Part shown: in pieces, positions 9,857 through 22,979 of the stretch
Numbering within the stretch: the first letter of the stretch is position 1
How the letters are laid out: each line of letters begins with the position of its first letter
Source of the DNA: an uncultured Myxococcales bacterium
GTDB taxonomy: Bacteria > Myxococcota_A > Polyangia > JAHFDS01
Assembly (NCBI GenBank): GCA_964593795.1
Contig: CAZQJC010000017.1
Location: forward strand, 17,389 to 81,388
Reading direction: 5' to 3'
DNA length: 64,000 nt
Notes under the pieces: model-generated
What the model was told of the DNA's origin: nothing
Databases searched by the model: none
Seen by the model: only the letters and a program-made list of their open reading frames with translations
Made by a program: the position numbers and the translations under genes

Positions 9857-11719
9857 TTACGGCTTGAAGAGGTAGACGCCGTCCGCCGCCACGCCCTGAC
9901 CGAGCGTGAAGGCGATGCGGCCCATCGTGTCGGCGCCGCCGACCTTGAAGCCCGAGCCGTCGGCCTTCTGGATGATGGCGTGCTGCTGGACCTCGACGTC
10001 CATGTTGGCGCCGAGCGCGCGCGTGTGGATGTCGCCGTAGCCGGGGCCGTCGCCGGCCGCCGTCACGAGCCAGTGCGAGTTCGAGTTGTAGACGAGGCGG
10101 TCATTGCCCTGGAAGGCGTGCGCCCAGACGCGCGCCGGCGGCATCGCGAACTCGGGCATGCCGTTCGACGGCTTGATGTGCATCGTGCCCGAGTACTCGT
10201 TGTTGAGGTCGGTGTAGTAGACGAAGTAGGCGCTGTCGTTCGAGAACGCCTGGATGCCGTAGGTCGTCGCGTTGTTCGCGATCGACATGCCGGACATCGC
10301 CGCGGTCGAGCTGCCCTGCGCGAGGTCACCGCCGTTGAGGGCCGCGTCGAAGCGCGTGTGGTAGAGGACCTTCGTGCCGTCCGGCGAGAACTGATCGAAG
10401 TCCTGGACGCCGGTCGCGACGGCCACCGAGGTGCCGCCCATCGCCGTCGGGATCACGTTGAGCGTGCCCGCGTTGGTCGCGACGTTCGTGAAGTAGCCGA
10501 TGTAGTTGCCGGTCTTCGAGATCACCGGGGTGAGGTCCGCGCCGGAGATCATGCTCGCCCGGACGTTCACGGCGGTCGCGAGCTGGCGGAGCATGTTGTT
10601 GCCCATGCCCACGTTGATGACGTTGAGCGTGCCCGTGCCCATCGTCGTGTTGACGGCGGTGATCACGATGAGGGCGCTGCCCTCGGGCGCGGTCACGAAG
10701 CCCGCCGCGCGCGTCATGGCCGGCAGGATGTTCGTGGCCGGCGTGCCGACGGCGAACGCCTCGAGGAGCTGATCCGAGGCGCCGTTGTTGGCCGCCGTCG
10801 CGATGATCGCGTGGCTGCTGCTGCCGGTGAACGTGAAGCGCGCGTCGAGCGCCGGCGCGGTGCCGGAGCAGTAGACGCCCGCGTGGAGCGTCGCGGCGGT
10901 CGCACCGGCCATGCCGATGTTCACGAGCTTGACGTCGCAGAGCGGGTTGGCCGGCGCGCCCATCGTGACGAGCTGCCAGTTGTCCGCGTAGACGATCCAG
11001 TTGCCGTCGTTCGAGACGGACGCCGGGATGAAGTACACATCGGCGTTCGTGCCCTGACCGAAGATCGCCACCGAGGTCGCGAAGTCCGCCTTGGCCGCCA
11101 TGCCGGTCTTCCAGTAGGCGAGCTTGCCGCGGAAGCCCACGATGCCGCCCATCGGCGCGGGCTGGTTGCCGTACGCCACGAGGAGGGTGTTCTTCGACGC
11201 CTGCACGGCGAAGATGTCCGTGCCGAGATCGACGCCCATGCCGGCCGGCATGGTCGAGTCCCAGACCTTGACGTTGATCATGCCGGGCGTGGTGCCCTTG
11301 GCGGCCGCGACCCACGAGCCGTCGTCGGCCACCGCGATCGAGTACCAGTCCTGACCCGTGCCGTTGAGGCGCATGCCCATGCCGGGCATCACGACCGGGC
11401 CGTCGGCCATCATCATGCCGCCCGAGCCGCCGAGGCCGCCGGCCATGCCGGCGCCGCCCATGCCCATGCCCGCGCCACCGGCGCCCGCGTTGCCGGAGCC
11501 CGCACCGCCCATGCCCATGCCCGCGCCGCCCGAGCCCGCGGTGCTGCCCGCGCCGCCCTGGCCGCCGCCGCTACCCGCGCCACCACGCCCCGACGACCCA
11601 CCGCGGCCCGACGAGCCGGAGCCACCGGTGCCGGTGTTGTCGTCGCCGCATCCGACGGCGAACGCGCCTGCCGCAAGAAGGGCGAGCCACGCGCTCTTTC
11701 CGAAGACGTTCCTCATCAC
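9857..11719 (-). CDS. Lipoprotein with Gly/Ser-rich linker and large beta-rich domain (possible TolB-like propeller repeats)
   Basis: MMRNVFGKSAWLALLAAGAFAVGC lipobox, then a ~90-aa poly-Gly/Ser/Ala linker, then a 500-aa domain with repeated SxDGxxVxY-like segments (SPDGTKVLYHT, SNDSAYFVYY). Confidence 0.6.
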   Translation of the reverse strand: MMRNVFGKSAWLALLAAGAFAVGCGDDNTGTGGSGSSGRGGSSGRGGAGSGGGQGGAGSTAGSGGAGMGMGGAGSGNAGAGGAGMGMGGAGMAGGLGGSGGMMMADGPVVMPGMGMRLNGTGQDWYSIAVADDGSWVAAAKGTTPGMINVKVWDSTMPAGMGVDLGTDIFAVQASKNTLLVAYGNQPAPMGGIVGFRGKLAYWKTGMAAKADFATSVAIFGQGTNADVYFIPASVSNDGNWIVYADNWQLVTMGAPANPLCDVKLVNIGMAGATAATLHAGVYCSGTAPALDARFTFTGSSSHAIIATAANNGASDQLLEAFAVGTPATNILPAMTRAAGFVTAPEGSALIVITAVNTTMGTGTLNVINVGMGNNMLRQLATAVNVRASMISGADLTPVISKTGNYIGYFTNVATNAGTLNVIPTAMGGTSVAVATGVQDFDQFSPDGTKVLYHTRFDAALNGGDLAQGSSTAAMSGMSIANNATTYGIQAFSNDSAYFVYYTDLNNEYSGTMHIKPSNGMPEFAMPPARVWAHAFQGNDRLVYNSNSHWLVTAAGDGPGYGDIHTRALGANMDVEVQQHAIIQKADGSGFKVGGADTMGRIAFTLGQGVAADGVYLFKP

Positions 11720-11938
11720 TGACCTCCACTACGAAATTCGTTCCACCCGTTGGCGCGCGGCGAGGATCACAGTCCCCACCGGGCGCGAAAGTGCGCGGAC
11801 TATGGACTTCGGCCCCCGAGAGCGTCAAGAGAGCTCGATTCGGGCCCGGACCTCGCCGTGAGCCGACCCACGCCGCGCTGCGTCGTCACCCCACGAATCG
11901 GCCGGAGACCCGCGTCTCGGAGGTACTAGGATCGGCGC

Positions 11939-13228
11939 GTGGCACGCTTGCAGCCCCTCGAGCGCACCGTCCTCGCGGCGCTCCAGCAGGGGCCCCTCGC
12001 CGCGCAGGGAGACCTCGTGCTCGTGGCGTGCTCGGGCGGACCGGACTCGCTCGTGCTCCTGCACGTTCTCGCGCGGCTGCGCCGCCTGGTCGGCTGCTCG
12101 CTCGCCGCGGCGTACGTGGATCACGGCCTGCGCCCGGCGGCCGCGCGGGAGGGCCGCCGCGTCGTGGCGTCCGCCGTGGCGCTCGGCGTCCCGGCGCGCG
12201 TGCTCGCGCTCGGGCTCCGCGCGGGAGGAAACCTGATGGCCCGTGCAAGGCAGGCACGCTACGCGGCGCTCGAGGCCGAGCGCGCGCGCGTCGGCGCGGC
12301 GAGCATCGCGCTCGCCCACACGGCGACGGATCAGGCCGAGACGCTGCTCATGCGCCTCCTCGACGGGAGCGGATCCGCGGGGCTCGCGGCGATGGCGCCC
12401 CGACGCGGCCACCTCGTGCGGCCGATGCTGGAGGTCACGCGCGCCGAGGTCGAAGCATTCGTCAAAGCGAATGGATTGCGACCGGTCCGCGACCCGTCGA
12501 ACCGCGACCCCGCCTTCCGGCGCGTGCGCCTCCGGGCGCTCCTCGGCGCCCTGCGCAAGCTCCAGCCGGATGCGGATCGCGCGCTCGCGCGGAGCGCGGC
12601 GAACCTCCGCGACGACGCCGAGGTCCTCGCCTGGGCGTCGGCCGAGCTCGGCGCCGGGCGCGTGCCCCTCGACCTCGATCTCGGTCGGCTCTCGGGCCTC
12701 CCGGCGCCGGTTCGGGGGCGGGCGCTCCGCGACGCGGTCGCCTCGACCGCCGGCCGGGCCCTCTCGAGGCGCGAGGCACTCGCGCTCGCGCACCTGGCCG
12801 ACCGCACCGAGGGCACCGAGGAGCTCGACGTCGCGGGGATCCGCGTGCGCCGGAGCTATCGCCGGCTGTCTGCTGCCAGCCGCGCCGTCGCGCCTCCGGC
12901 GGCGGTCGCCGCGACCGGGAGCGGCGCCGTCGGCTTCGGGCCCCACACGCTGCACCTCGAGCTGTCCGGGCCGGTGCTCATCCGGTCGCCGCGCCCGGGA
13001 GATCGCATCGCCCTGCCGGGCGGCGGGCACAAGAAGGTGTCCAGGGTCCTCGCGGATGCCAAGGTCCCGCGCGCCGATCGCGCTGGATTCCCGGTCATCT
13101 GCGATCCCTCGGGCGAGCGCGCCCTCGTGGTGCCGGGACTCTCCGCCCCGGTCGGGCCGGTCTCCCGGGCCCGCCTGGGGAGTGCCCTGAGCGGTGCCGC
13201 GGGACACGAACGGATCCGCGGCGGTTGA
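11939..13228 (+). CDS. tilS: tRNA(Ile)-lysidine synthetase
   Basis: PP-loop motif [15 protein letters not shown] near the N-terminus; conserved position upstream of ftsH. Confidence 0.85.
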   Translation: MARLQPLERTVLAALQQGPLAAQGDLVLVACSGGPDSLVLLHVLARLRRLVGCSLAAAYVDHGLRPAAAREGRRVVASAVALGVPARVLALGLRAGGNLMARARQARYAALEAERARVGAASIALAHTATDQAETLLMRLLDGSGSAGLAAMAPRRGHLVRPMLEVTRAEVEAFVKANGLRPVRDPSNRDPAFRRVRLRALLGALRKLQPDADRALARSAANLRDDAEVLAWASAELGAGRVPLDLDLGRLSGLPAPVRGRALRDAVASTAGRALSRREALALAHLADRTEGTEELDVAGIRVRRSYRRLSAASRAVAPPAAVAATGSGAVGFGPHTLHLELSGPVLIRSPRPGDRIALPGGGHKKVSRVLADAKVPRADRAGFPVICDPSGERALVVPGLSAPVGPVSRARLGSALSGAAGHERIRGG

Positions 13229-13355
13229 CGCGGCCGAACGCGGTGCAATAATTTGTGATGACGAAGCAGGCTCTGCTGACTGGGGGGCGCGGCGACCCGC
13301 GTGCTGCTCGAGCAACCGGGCTCGTTTTTTGGGTAGTCAACTCGACGAGGCGCCG

Positions 13356-15275
<1,920 letters not shown>

Positions 15276-15329
15276 GCAAGTCCAGCGCCCGAGGGCGGCG
15301 CGATCTCTTCCCCCGCCGCCTCGGGGTGG

Positions 15330-16184
15330 GTGGGTTCCTATCACGCGAGGGTGACAGTGGCCGGGCTCTTCGAGCGGCTCTCGGGTGACGGCGCGCGCAC
15401 GCTGGTGCTCGGCGTCGTCAACGTCACGCCGGACTCCTTCTCGGACGGGGGCCGCTACGCGCACGCGACGGCGGCGCTGGAGCATGCTCGGGCGCTCGTC
15501 GCCGAGGGCGCAGACCTCCTCGACATCGGCGGGGAGTCCACGCGGCCGGGTGCGACGCCCGTCGGCGAGTCCGAGGAGCTCGCGCGCGTGTTGCCGGTGC
15601 TCGAGGGGTTGCGCGGGATCGGCGTGCCGCTCTCCATCGACACGTACAAGGCCGAGGTGGCCCGGGCCGCGCTCGACGCGGGCGCGACGATCGTCAACGA
15701 CATCTCGGGCGGCACCCTCGATCCCGGGATCCTCGCCGTGGCGGCGGACAAGGGCGCACCGATCGTGCTCGGGCACCTGCGCGGGTCGCCTGCAGGGATG
15801 ATGGACACCGTCTCGTTCCGCGACGTGGTGGCGGAGGTGGGCGACGAGCTCGCCGCGCGGGCCCTCGCGGCGGAGCAGGCGGGCGTGCGCGAGATCTGGG
15901 TCGATCCCGGGCTCGGCTTCGGCAAGGGCACGCGCGAGAACCTGGCGCTTCTGCGTGGGCTCGGGACGCTGCGCGCGCGGCTCGGGCGCCCGCTCGTCGT
16001 GGGCGCGTCCCGCAAGCGGTTCCTCGGCGAGCTGACGGGCCTGGCGCCCGCCGAGCGAGCGCTGCCGAGCGCGGTCGCGGCGGCGCTCGCGGCGACCTCC
16101 GGCGCGGACGTGGTGCGGGTGCACGACGTCGCCGTGACGAGGCAAGCGCTCGCGGTCGCCGACGCGATCCGGCGCGCGCGCTGA
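15330..16184 (+). CDS. folP: Dihydropteroate synthase
   Basis: GTG start; VLGVVNVTPDSFSDGG pterin-binding motif; conserved ftsH-folP-glmM order. Confidence 0.9.
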   Translation: MGSYHARVTVAGLFERLSGDGARTLVLGVVNVTPDSFSDGGRYAHATAALEHARALVAEGADLLDIGGESTRPGATPVGESEELARVLPVLEGLRGIGVPLSIDTYKAEVARAALDAGATIVNDISGGTLDPGILAVAADKGAPIVLGHLRGSPAGMMDTVSFRDVVAEVGDELAARALAAEQAGVREIWVDPGLGFGKGTRENLALLRGLGTLRARLGRPLVVGASRKRFLGELTGLAPAERALPSAVAAALAATSGADVVRVHDVAVTRQALAVADAIRRAR

Positions 16185-16283
16185 CGCGCGGGCGCAAGGA
16201 GCGGCGAAGCACGGGCTGCGATCCCGGCCCCGGGCGATCTATGCTCCGGATATGCTCGCCCCAGCCTCCCTCACGGTGACCGC

Positions 16284-17645
16284 GTGACCGCGCAGCGCAA
16301 GCTCTTCGGCACTGATGGCGTCCGCGGCGTCGCCAACGTGGACCCGATGACCCCCGAGGTCGTGCTCCGCCTCGGGCGCGCCATCGCGCACTACTTCAGC
16401 CGCGGCTCCAGGCGCCCGCGCATCCTCGTGGGCAAGGACACGCGCCTGTCGGGCTATCTGTTCGAGGGCGCGCTCGAGACGGGCATCGTCTCGCAGGGCG
16501 GGGACGTGCTGCTGACGGGCCCGCTGCCGACGCCGGGGATCGCGTTCGTCGCGACGTCGATGCGCGCAGACGCCGGCGTCGTCGTCTCCGCCAGCCACAA
16601 CCCGTACGAGGACAACGGCATCAAGATCTTCGCGCGCGACGGCTTCAAGCTCCCTGACCAGTCCGAGGCGGAGATCGAGGCCCTCATGGCGTCGGACTTC
16701 CTCGACAAGAACCGGCCGACAGGCGGCGACCTCGGCCACGCGCGCAAGATCGAGGATGCGGTCGGTCGCTACGTCGTGTTCCTCAAGGGCGTCTTCCCGA
16801 AGATCTTCACGCTCGACGGCGTCAAGATCGTGGTCGACTGCGCGAACGGCGCGGCCTACAAGGTCGCGCCCGCCGTGTTCAGCGAGCTCGGCGCGGACGT
16901 GATCGCGCTCGGCGTCGAGCCGGACGGCCGCAACATCAACGCCGGATGCGGGGCTCTGCACCCCGAGGTCATGTGCAAGACCGTGGTCGAGCGGGGCGCG
17001 CAGCTCGGCATCGCGCTCGACGGCGACGCGGATCGCGTGATCGTTTGCGACGAGAAGGGCCGCGTCGTCGACGGAGACGTCATCATGGCGCTCTGCGCCC
17101 GGCGCATGCTGCGCGAGGGCAAGCTCTCGCGGCAGACGCTCGTCGCCACCGTGATGTCGAACCTCGGGCTCGAGCACGCGATGGAGAAGATGGGCGGCCG
17201 CCTCGTGCGCACGGCGGTGGGTGACCGCTACGTCGTCGAGGAGATGCGCAAGAACGGCTACAACCTCGGCGGCGAGCAGTCGGGGCACCTCGTGTTCCTC
17301 GACCACGCGACCACCGGGGACGGCGTGGTCGCCGCGCTGCAGGTCCTCGCGATCATGGCGGAGACGGAAAAGCCCCTCTCCGAGCTCTCGGAGCGCGTCA
17401 TGACCACGTTCCCGCAGGTGCTCGTCAACGTGAAGGTCAAGAAGCGCCAGCCGCTCGAGGAGCTCGGCGCCGTCACCCAGCGGATCGCCGAGGTCGAGCG
17501 CGCGCTCGGCCGCGACGGCCGCGTGCTCGTCCGCTGGAGCGGCACCGAGCTCAAGTGCCGCGTCATGGTGGAGGGCACCGACAAGGCCACGGTCGAGCAG
17601 CACGCGCGCGACATCGCTGGCGAGATCGAGAAGCTCCTCGGATGA
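16284..17645 (+). CDS. glmM: Phosphoglucosamine mutase
   Basis: GTG start; [10 protein letters not shown]-terminus and [13 protein letters not shown] phosphoserine loop. Confidence 0.9.
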   Translation: MTAQRKLFGTDGVRGVANVDPMTPEVVLRLGRAIAHYFSRGSRRPRILVGKDTRLSGYLFEGALETGIVSQGGDVLLTGPLPTPGIAFVATSMRADAGVVVSASHNPYEDNGIKIFARDGFKLPDQSEAEIEALMASDFLDKNRPTGGDLGHARKIEDAVGRYVVFLKGVFPKIFTLDGVKIVVDCANGAAYKVAPAVFSELGADVIALGVEPDGRNINAGCGALHPEVMCKTVVERGAQLGIALDGDADRVIVCDEKGRVVDGDVIMALCARRMLREGKLSRQTLVATVMSNLGLEHAMEKMGGRLVRTAVGDRYVVEEMRKNGYNLGGEQSGHLVFLDHATTGDGVVAALQVLAIMAETEKPLSELSERVMTTFPQVLVNVKVKKRQPLEELGAVTQRIAEVERALGRDGRVLVRWSGTELKCRVMVEGTDKATVEQHARDIAGEIEKLLG

Positions 17646-18373
17646 GCGAGATCATCAAGCTCCACGTCAACATCGACCACGTCGCCACGATCCGGCAGGC
17701 CCGCGGCACGAGGTACCCGGACCCGGTGTGGGCGGCCTCGCTGTGCGAGCTCTCGGGCGCGGACGGCATCACGGCGCACCTGCGCGAGGACCGCCGCCAC
17801 ATGTGCGATCGCGACCTGCGCATCCTCAAGGAGACGGTGCGCACCGTGCTCAACCTCGAGATGGCCGCCACGCCGGAGATGGTGGCGTTCGCGTGCGAGC
17901 TCCGGCCCGACGTGGTGACGCTGGTGCCCGAGAAGCGCGAGGAGCGCACGACCGAGGGAGGCCTCGACCTCGGGCGCGCGCGCGAGGACGTCGAGCGCGC
18001 CGTGCTCGCGCTCGGCAAGGTGAACGTGCCGGTGTCCCTGTTCATCGACCCGAGCGTGCTCGCGGTGCGTACGGCCGCGGACCTCGGCGTCCCGCGCATC
18101 GAGCTCCACACCGGCGACTACGTCGAGGCCTCGGGCGCCCGGCGCGACGCAGAGCTCGATCGGCTCGCGAGCGCGACCGGCGAGGGCGTCACGCTCGGCC
18201 TGCACGTGGCGGCCGGGCACGGGCTCGACTACCCGAACGTCGCCGCGGTCGCGGCGATCCCCGGCATCACGGAGCTCAACATCGGCCACGCCATCGTCGC
18301 GCGCGCCGTGATGGTCGGCCTCGACCGCGCGGTGCGCGACATGCTCGTGGCGATCGGCCGCCGGGCCGCCTGA
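17642..18373 (+). CDS. pdxJ: Pyridoxine 5'-phosphate synthase
   Basis: ATG 17642 overlaps the glmM stop (ATGA). [16 protein letters not shown] and [12 protein letters not shown] motifs. Confidence 0.9.
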   Translation: MSEIIKLHVNIDHVATIRQARGTRYPDPVWAASLCELSGADGITAHLREDRRHMCDRDLRILKETVRTVLNLEMAATPEMVAFACELRPDVVTLVPEKREERTTEGGLDLGRAREDVERAVLALGKVNVPVSLFIDPSVLAVRTAADLGVPRIELHTGDYVEASGARRDAELDRLASATGEGVTLGLHVAAGHGLDYPNVAAVAAIPGITELNIGHAIVARAVMVGLDRAVRDMLVAIGRRAA

Positions 18374-19950
18374 TGCGCATCGCGACCGCCGCCGACGTCC
18401 GCGCGCTCGATCTGGAGGCGATCACGGAGCTCGGCATCCCGGGCGCGGTCCTGATGGAGGTCGCAGGGCGGGGCGCCACGGACGCGCTCTTCGACGCGCT
18501 GCGCGCCCAGGGCCTCGCGGAGAAGGGCGTGCGCGTGGGCGTCCTGTGCGGCGCCGGCAACAACGGCGGCGACGGCTACGTGATCGCGCGGCTCGCGGCG
18601 TCGCGCGGCGCCGACGTGCGCGTGTACCAGTGCGCCCCGCGCAGCAAGGAGGCGGCGCCTGGCGACGACGGCGCGCTCAACCTCGCCATCCTGCGGCGCG
18701 TGGGCGGCGTGCCCGTGCTCGACTGCACCACCGAGGCCCGGCTCGACGAGCACCGCGCGAGCCTGCAGTCGGAGGAGGTGCTGGTCGATGCGCTGCTCGG
18801 CACCGGCGCCACGCGCGCGCCCGCGGGCGCGATCGCGCGGGCGATCGCATTCGCCAACACGAATGCATTGGCGCGGCTGCGCCTCGCGGTCGACCTGCCG
18901 AGCGGCCTGCACGCCGACACGGGGGGCCCGCTCGGCGAGGTGTTCCGCACCGACGTGACGGTGACGTTCGCGGTGCCGAAGGTGGGGCTCGTGAGCTGGC
19001 CGGGCGTCGAGCGGACCGGCCGCCTCGTGGTGGTCGACATCGGCATCCCGCCGGCGCTGACCACGCGCCGCCTCGGCTGGCGCCTCCTCGACGACGAGGA
19101 GGTGCGAGCGCGGCTGCCGCTCCGGCCACTCGGCGGACACAAGGGGACCTTCGGCCACGTCCTCGTCGTGGCGGGCGCGCCCGGGACCACCGGCGCGGCG
19201 CTGCTCGCGGCGCGGGGCGCGGCGCGCGCCGGGGCGGGGCTCGTGACGATCGCGGCCCCCGCGGCCTCGCGCGCGGCCCTCGAGGCGCGCGTGCTCGAGG
19301 AGATGACGGCGGCGCTGCCCGAGGCGGGGCAACCCGACTTCGCCGAGGTGCTGTCGGCGCTGTGCGCGCGCAAGCACGCGCTCGTGATCGGACCCGGCGC
19401 CGGGCAGGGCCCGACGACCGCGGCGACCATCGCGCACGCGCTCGACGCGACCGAGCTGCCCGTCGTGCTCGATGCCGACGCGCTCGGCGTCGTGGCGGCG
19501 GATCGCGCGCTGCGCGATCGTGTCGTGGCGGCGGGAGCGCGCGTGGCGCTGACGCCGCACCCGGGCGAGGCCGCGAAGCTCCTCGGCGTGCCGCACGCGG
19601 AGGTGCAGTCGGACCGCGTCGCGGCCGCGCGGCGCATCGCGAGCGAGTGGCAGTGCGCCGTGGCGCTCAAGGGAGCGCGCACCGTCCTCGCCGGGCGCGG
19701 TGACGTCCTGGCCATCAACCCGACGGGCAACGTGGGCCTGGCCTCCGGGGGCACGGGAGACGTGCTCGCGGGAGCGGTCGGCGCGCTGTGCGGGCAGGGG
19801 CTCGAGCCGTTCGATGCGCTGGCCGTGGGCGCGTACCTGCACGGGCGCGCAGCCGACCTGCGGGTCGCCACCCGAGGCGTCCCCGTGGGCCTGCGAGCGT
19901 CCGAGGTGGCGGACGCGCTCCCCGATGCGCTCGCCACGCTGCGGCGCTGA
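18373..19950 (+). CDS. nnr: Bifunctional NAD(P)H-hydrate epimerase/dehydratase (YjeF N + C domains)
   Basis: ATG 18373 overlaps the pdxJ stop (TGATG). The N-terminal Arg-rich extension of the listed ORF is rejected. LCGAGNNGGDG (YjeF-N) and C-terminal GxGD carbohydrate-kinase motifs. Confidence 0.85.
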   Translation: MRIATAADVRALDLEAITELGIPGAVLMEVAGRGATDALFDALRAQGLAEKGVRVGVLCGAGNNGGDGYVIARLAASRGADVRVYQCAPRSKEAAPGDDGALNLAILRRVGGVPVLDCTTEARLDEHRASLQSEEVLVDALLGTGATRAPAGAIARAIAFANTNALARLRLAVDLPSGLHADTGGPLGEVFRTDVTVTFAVPKVGLVSWPGVERTGRLVVVDIGIPPALTTRRLGWRLLDDEEVRARLPLRPLGGHKGTFGHVLVVAGAPGTTGAALLAARGAARAGAGLVTIAAPAASRAALEARVLEEMTAALPEAGQPDFAEVLSALCARKHALVIGPGAGQGPTTAATIAHALDATELPVVLDADALGVVAADRALRDRVVAAGARVALTPHPGEAAKLLGVPHAEVQSDRVAAARRIASEWQCAVALKGARTVLAGRGDVLAINPTGNVGLASGGTGDVLAGAVGALCGQGLEPFDALAVGAYLHGRAADLRVATRGVPVGLRASEVADALPDALATLRR

Positions 19951-20059
19951 CGAAGCGCCCACGGCCGCCCCCGGGTCGTGCCGAATTGTCACGGACCGGG
20001 CGCGGCGCGGCCTCGGATCGAGGGGTTAGGGCCGCCGCCATCCGGGCATCGGGCGTGCT

Positions 20060-20557
20060 TTGCCTGGGGTCGTGTCTGCCTCGGTCGCCGCCCTGCCCCC
20101 CGATGGGCTCACGCGTACGCTGGTGGGCCTCCTGCCCGAGCTCGGCCGCATCGCGCGCCGCTGGTGCGGCGATCCGGCGCTGGCCGAGGACCTCGCCCAG
20201 GAGACCGCCTGCCGCGCGCTCGCCGCCCGCGCCACCTTTCGCGAAGGGGCGCCGGCGCGCCCGTGGCTCGTGCGCATCCTCCACAACACGTGGGTGAGCT
20301 ACCTCCGAAAGCACCGCACCGAGGTCGCCCTGCCGCCCGAGCTGGCCGCGCCTGCGCCCCCTCGCGACGGCGCGTTCGTCGCCCGGGCGCTCGATACCCT
20401 GCCCGCCGCACAGCGCGAGGTGCTCGTGCTGGTCGACCTCGAGGAGGCCTCCTACGCCGAGGCGGCCGACGCGCTTCGCATTCCGGTCGGCACCGTGATG
20501 TCGCGGCTGCACCGCGCGCGCCTCGCGCTGCGCGCGCGCCTCGGCCCCCTGACCTGA
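20060..20557 (+). CDS. ECF (sigma-70 family group IV) RNA polymerase sigma factor
   Basis: Region 2 (RWCGDPALAEDLAQET) and region 4 HTH (EASYAEAADALRIPVGTVMSRLHRAR). TTG at 20060 or GTG at 20072 are possible starts. Confidence 0.65.
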   Translation: MPGVVSASVAALPPDGLTRTLVGLLPELGRIARRWCGDPALAEDLAQETACRALAARATFREGAPARPWLVRILHNTWVSYLRKHRTEVALPPELAAPAPPRDGAFVARALDTLPAAQREVLVLVDLEEASYAEAADALRIPVGTVMSRLHRARLALRARLGPLT

Positions 20558-20609
20558 GGCGTCGGGAGCGAAACCTGCCAAGCGGCGCTCCATCGGGTAC
20601 GCTTGCGCG

Positions 20610-21323
20610 GTGATCCGCTTCGAGCACGTCACCCGCGCGTACGGGGCGCATGTCGCGCTCGACGACGTCTCGCTCGAGGTGCGCGAGGGCGAGCTCGTCG
20701 TCATCACGGGCCCGTCCGGCTCGGGCAAGACCACCCTCATGCGCCTGATCTACGCGGCCGAGCGGGCCGACCGCGGCAAGGTCGAGCTCGGCGGGCGAGA
20801 CGTGGGTCGGCTGCGCCGGCGCTCCATCCCGCTCCTGCGCCGCAACGTCGGCGTCGTCTTCCAGGACTTCCGCCTGCTCGGCGATCGCACCGCGCTCGAG
20901 AACGTGATGGTCGCGCTCGAGATCCTGGGCCTGCCCCGCCGCGTGGTGCGCGAGCGGGCCCTCCTCGCGCTCGACGACCTCGCTCTGGCCGCGCGGGCCG
21001 ACGTGCCGGCGCGCGCCCTCTCGGGCGGCGAGCAGCAGCGCGTCGCGCTCGCACGCGCCCTCGTCGGTCGCCCGGCGATCCTCCTGTGCGACGAGCCGAC
21101 CGGGAACCTCGACGCCGAGGCCGGCGCCGCCGTGCTCGCGGAGATCGCGCGCGCGCACGAGCGGGGCGCGACGACGATCGTCGCCACGCATGATCCGGCG
21201 GCGCTCGCCCTCGCCGCCGAGCGCGGCTTCCGGCGCGTCACGCTGCGCGCGGGGCGCGTCGAATCCGACGGCGTGTCGCGGCCGTCCCTCGTCACCGCGC
21301 AGCGGCGCGAGCGCACGCAGTGA
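20610..21323 (+). CDS. ftsE: Cell-division ABC transporter ATP-binding protein FtsE
   Basis: GTG start; Walker A GPSGSGKTT, ABC signature LSGGEQQRVALARAL, Walker B ILLCDEPTGNLD. Confidence 0.85.
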   Translation: MIRFEHVTRAYGAHVALDDVSLEVREGELVVITGPSGSGKTTLMRLIYAAERADRGKVELGGRDVGRLRRRSIPLLRRNVGVVFQDFRLLGDRTALENVMVALEILGLPRRVVRERALLALDDLALAARADVPARALSGGEQQRVALARALVGRPAILLCDEPTGNLDAEAGAAVLAEIARAHERGATTIVATHDPAALALAAERGFRRVTLRAGRVESDGVSRPSLVTAQRRERTQ

Positions 21324-22225
21324 GCACGCTCCGGGTCGCGCTCTCGTCGCTCGGTCGCGCGCTCGTCCGCGAGCCGCGCGCGGCGCTCCTCGGGATCGGT
21401 GCCGTCGCGTTCGGCGTGCTCGCGACGCTGTTCCTGGGCCTCGTCGCGCGAGGCCTCGGGGACGTCGCCGCGCGGGGCCTGCCGCGCGCAGAAATGATCG
21501 TCGAGCTCACCGACGACCTCGACGCGGCGCACGTCGCGGACCTGCAGAGTCGCCTCGGCGCGCTGGCCGTCGTCGAGTCCGTGCGCAAGGTCGAGCCCGG
21601 GCAGGCCATGGAGCAGCTCCGCGCGAGCCTCGGCGCCGAGGCCACCGTGCTCGAGGGCGTCGAGCCCGACTTCCTGCCAGGCGCACTCGAGGTCACGTTC
21701 CGCCCCGGCACCGCCGGGAGCACCGCCGTCAGCACCCTGGCGGATCGCCTCGAGCGCACGACCGGCGTCGCGCACGTCACGTACCTCGGGGACTGGGTCT
21801 CGCGCCTCGGGGCGCTGGTCTCGGTCGCGCGCGCCATCGTGCTCTGCGCCCTCGCGCTCTGCGGGCTCGGTGCGCTGTGGGCCGTCGCGGCCTCGGCGCG
21901 GATGCGCGCGCTCGCGCGCAGCGAGGAGATCGCCGTCCTCGCCCTGTGCGGCGCCACGGACCGCTTCGTCCGCGCCCCCTTCGTGCTCGAGGGTCTGCTC
22001 GTCGGCCTCTGCGGCGCCGCGCTCGGGATCGGCCTCCTGCGGGGAGTCCTGCACTTCGTGGCCCCGCTGGTGGCGGCCGCGCCTGCCACGGCGCTCCAGG
22101 GCGGCTTCCGCCTCGAGCTGTCGGCCCTGCTGCCGCCGGCGCAGGCCGTGCTCGCGGTGCTCCTCGTCAGCCTGCTCTCGGCGCTCGCCGCGTCGATCGG
22201 GGTGCGCAGGCATGCTCGCGTCTAG
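21320..22225 (+). CDS. ftsX: Cell-division permease FtsX
   Basis: GTG 21320 overlaps the ftsE stop (GTGA). Four TM segments with a periplasmic loop; typical FtsX topology. Confidence 0.8.
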   Translation: MSTLRVALSSLGRALVREPRAALLGIGAVAFGVLATLFLGLVARGLGDVAARGLPRAEMIVELTDDLDAAHVADLQSRLGALAVVESVRKVEPGQAMEQLRASLGAEATVLEGVEPDFLPGALEVTFRPGTAGSTAVSTLADRLERTTGVAHVTYLGDWVSRLGALVSVARAIVLCALALCGLGALWAVAASARMRALARSEEIAVLALCGATDRFVRAPFVLEGLLVGLCGAALGIGLLRGVLHFVAPLVAAAPATALQGGFRLELSALLPPAQAVLAVLLVSLLSALAASIGVRRHARV

Positions 22226-22946
22226 CGCGCTCCTCGCCATGCTGCTCGCACCGACCCTCACGGTCGTCGACGCCGATCGCGCCGACGTGGAGCGACGCGC
22301 CCGCGCCGTCGACGAGGCCGAGGCGCTCTACCGCCAGCGCGCCGGCGCCCGCACGCGCGCCCTCCACCACCTCGTCGCAGGCGGCGACGCCCGACGCTTC
22401 GCCGAGCCACCGTCGGTCGAGCAGCGCAGCGCGCGCGTGGCCCTGCTCCGCGTGCTGCGGCGCGACCTCGACGAACGCGCGAAGTACCGCGCCGAGCGCG
22501 GCCTCCTCGCCGAGGAGCGCGCCGCCATCGATCGCCGCGCGAGCGCCTGGATGGCCCGCCGCGCCGAGTCGCCCGCACCGCCCCCGCCCCTCGCGAGGCC
22601 CGTCAAGGGCAGCATCGTCGGCGGCTTCGGTCGCGTCCGCGAGTCGAGCGGCCTCGAGCGCGAGCGCCGCGGCGTGCTCCTGCAGGCCCGTCCCGGCGAG
22701 GTCGTCTCGTCGCCGCTCGGTGCGACCTGCCATCCCCTCGGAGAGCTCCCGGGGCTCGGGCCGGCGCTCCTGCTGCGCGGCGCCCACGACGTGTCGGTCG
22801 TTCTCGCGCCGGTGACCGGGTCGAGCTGCGCCGGGGGCCCCGTCAGCCAGCGGGCGCCGCTCGGCAAGACCGGGGGCGGCACGCTCTACGTCGAGCTCCG
22901 CCGGCACGGCGCCCCCGTGGATCCGGCCCCGGCGCTGCGTCGATAA
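22212..22946 (+). CDS. EnvC/NlpD-like murein hydrolase activator (degenerate M23 peptidase domain) with coiled-coil N-terminus
   Basis: ATG 22212 overlaps the ftsX 3' end. Signal/TM MLASSALLAMLLAPTL, coiled-coil region, then M23-like PVKGSIVGGFGRV...G core; conserved ftsEX-envC arrangement. Confidence 0.55.
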   Translation: MLASSALLAMLLAPTLTVVDADRADVERRARAVDEAEALYRQRAGARTRALHHLVAGGDARRFAEPPSVEQRSARVALLRVLRRDLDERAKYRAERGLLAEERAAIDRRASAWMARRAESPAPPPPLARPVKGSIVGGFGRVRESSGLERERRGVLLQARPGEVVSSPLGATCHPLGELPGLGPALLLRGAHDVSVVLAPVTGSSCAGGPVSQRAPLGKTGGGTLYVELRRHGAPVDPAPALRR

Positions 22947-22979
22947 GCCTCCCCTCCGGGGATCGGCTATCATTTCCGG

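Noticed and set aside
17728-18372. 215-codon N-terminal extension of the nnr ORF overlapping pdxJ
   Set aside because: The extension is Arg/Gly-rich with no YjeF motifs. The ATG at 18373 overlaps the pdxJ stop (TGATG) and begins a canonical YjeF-N domain.
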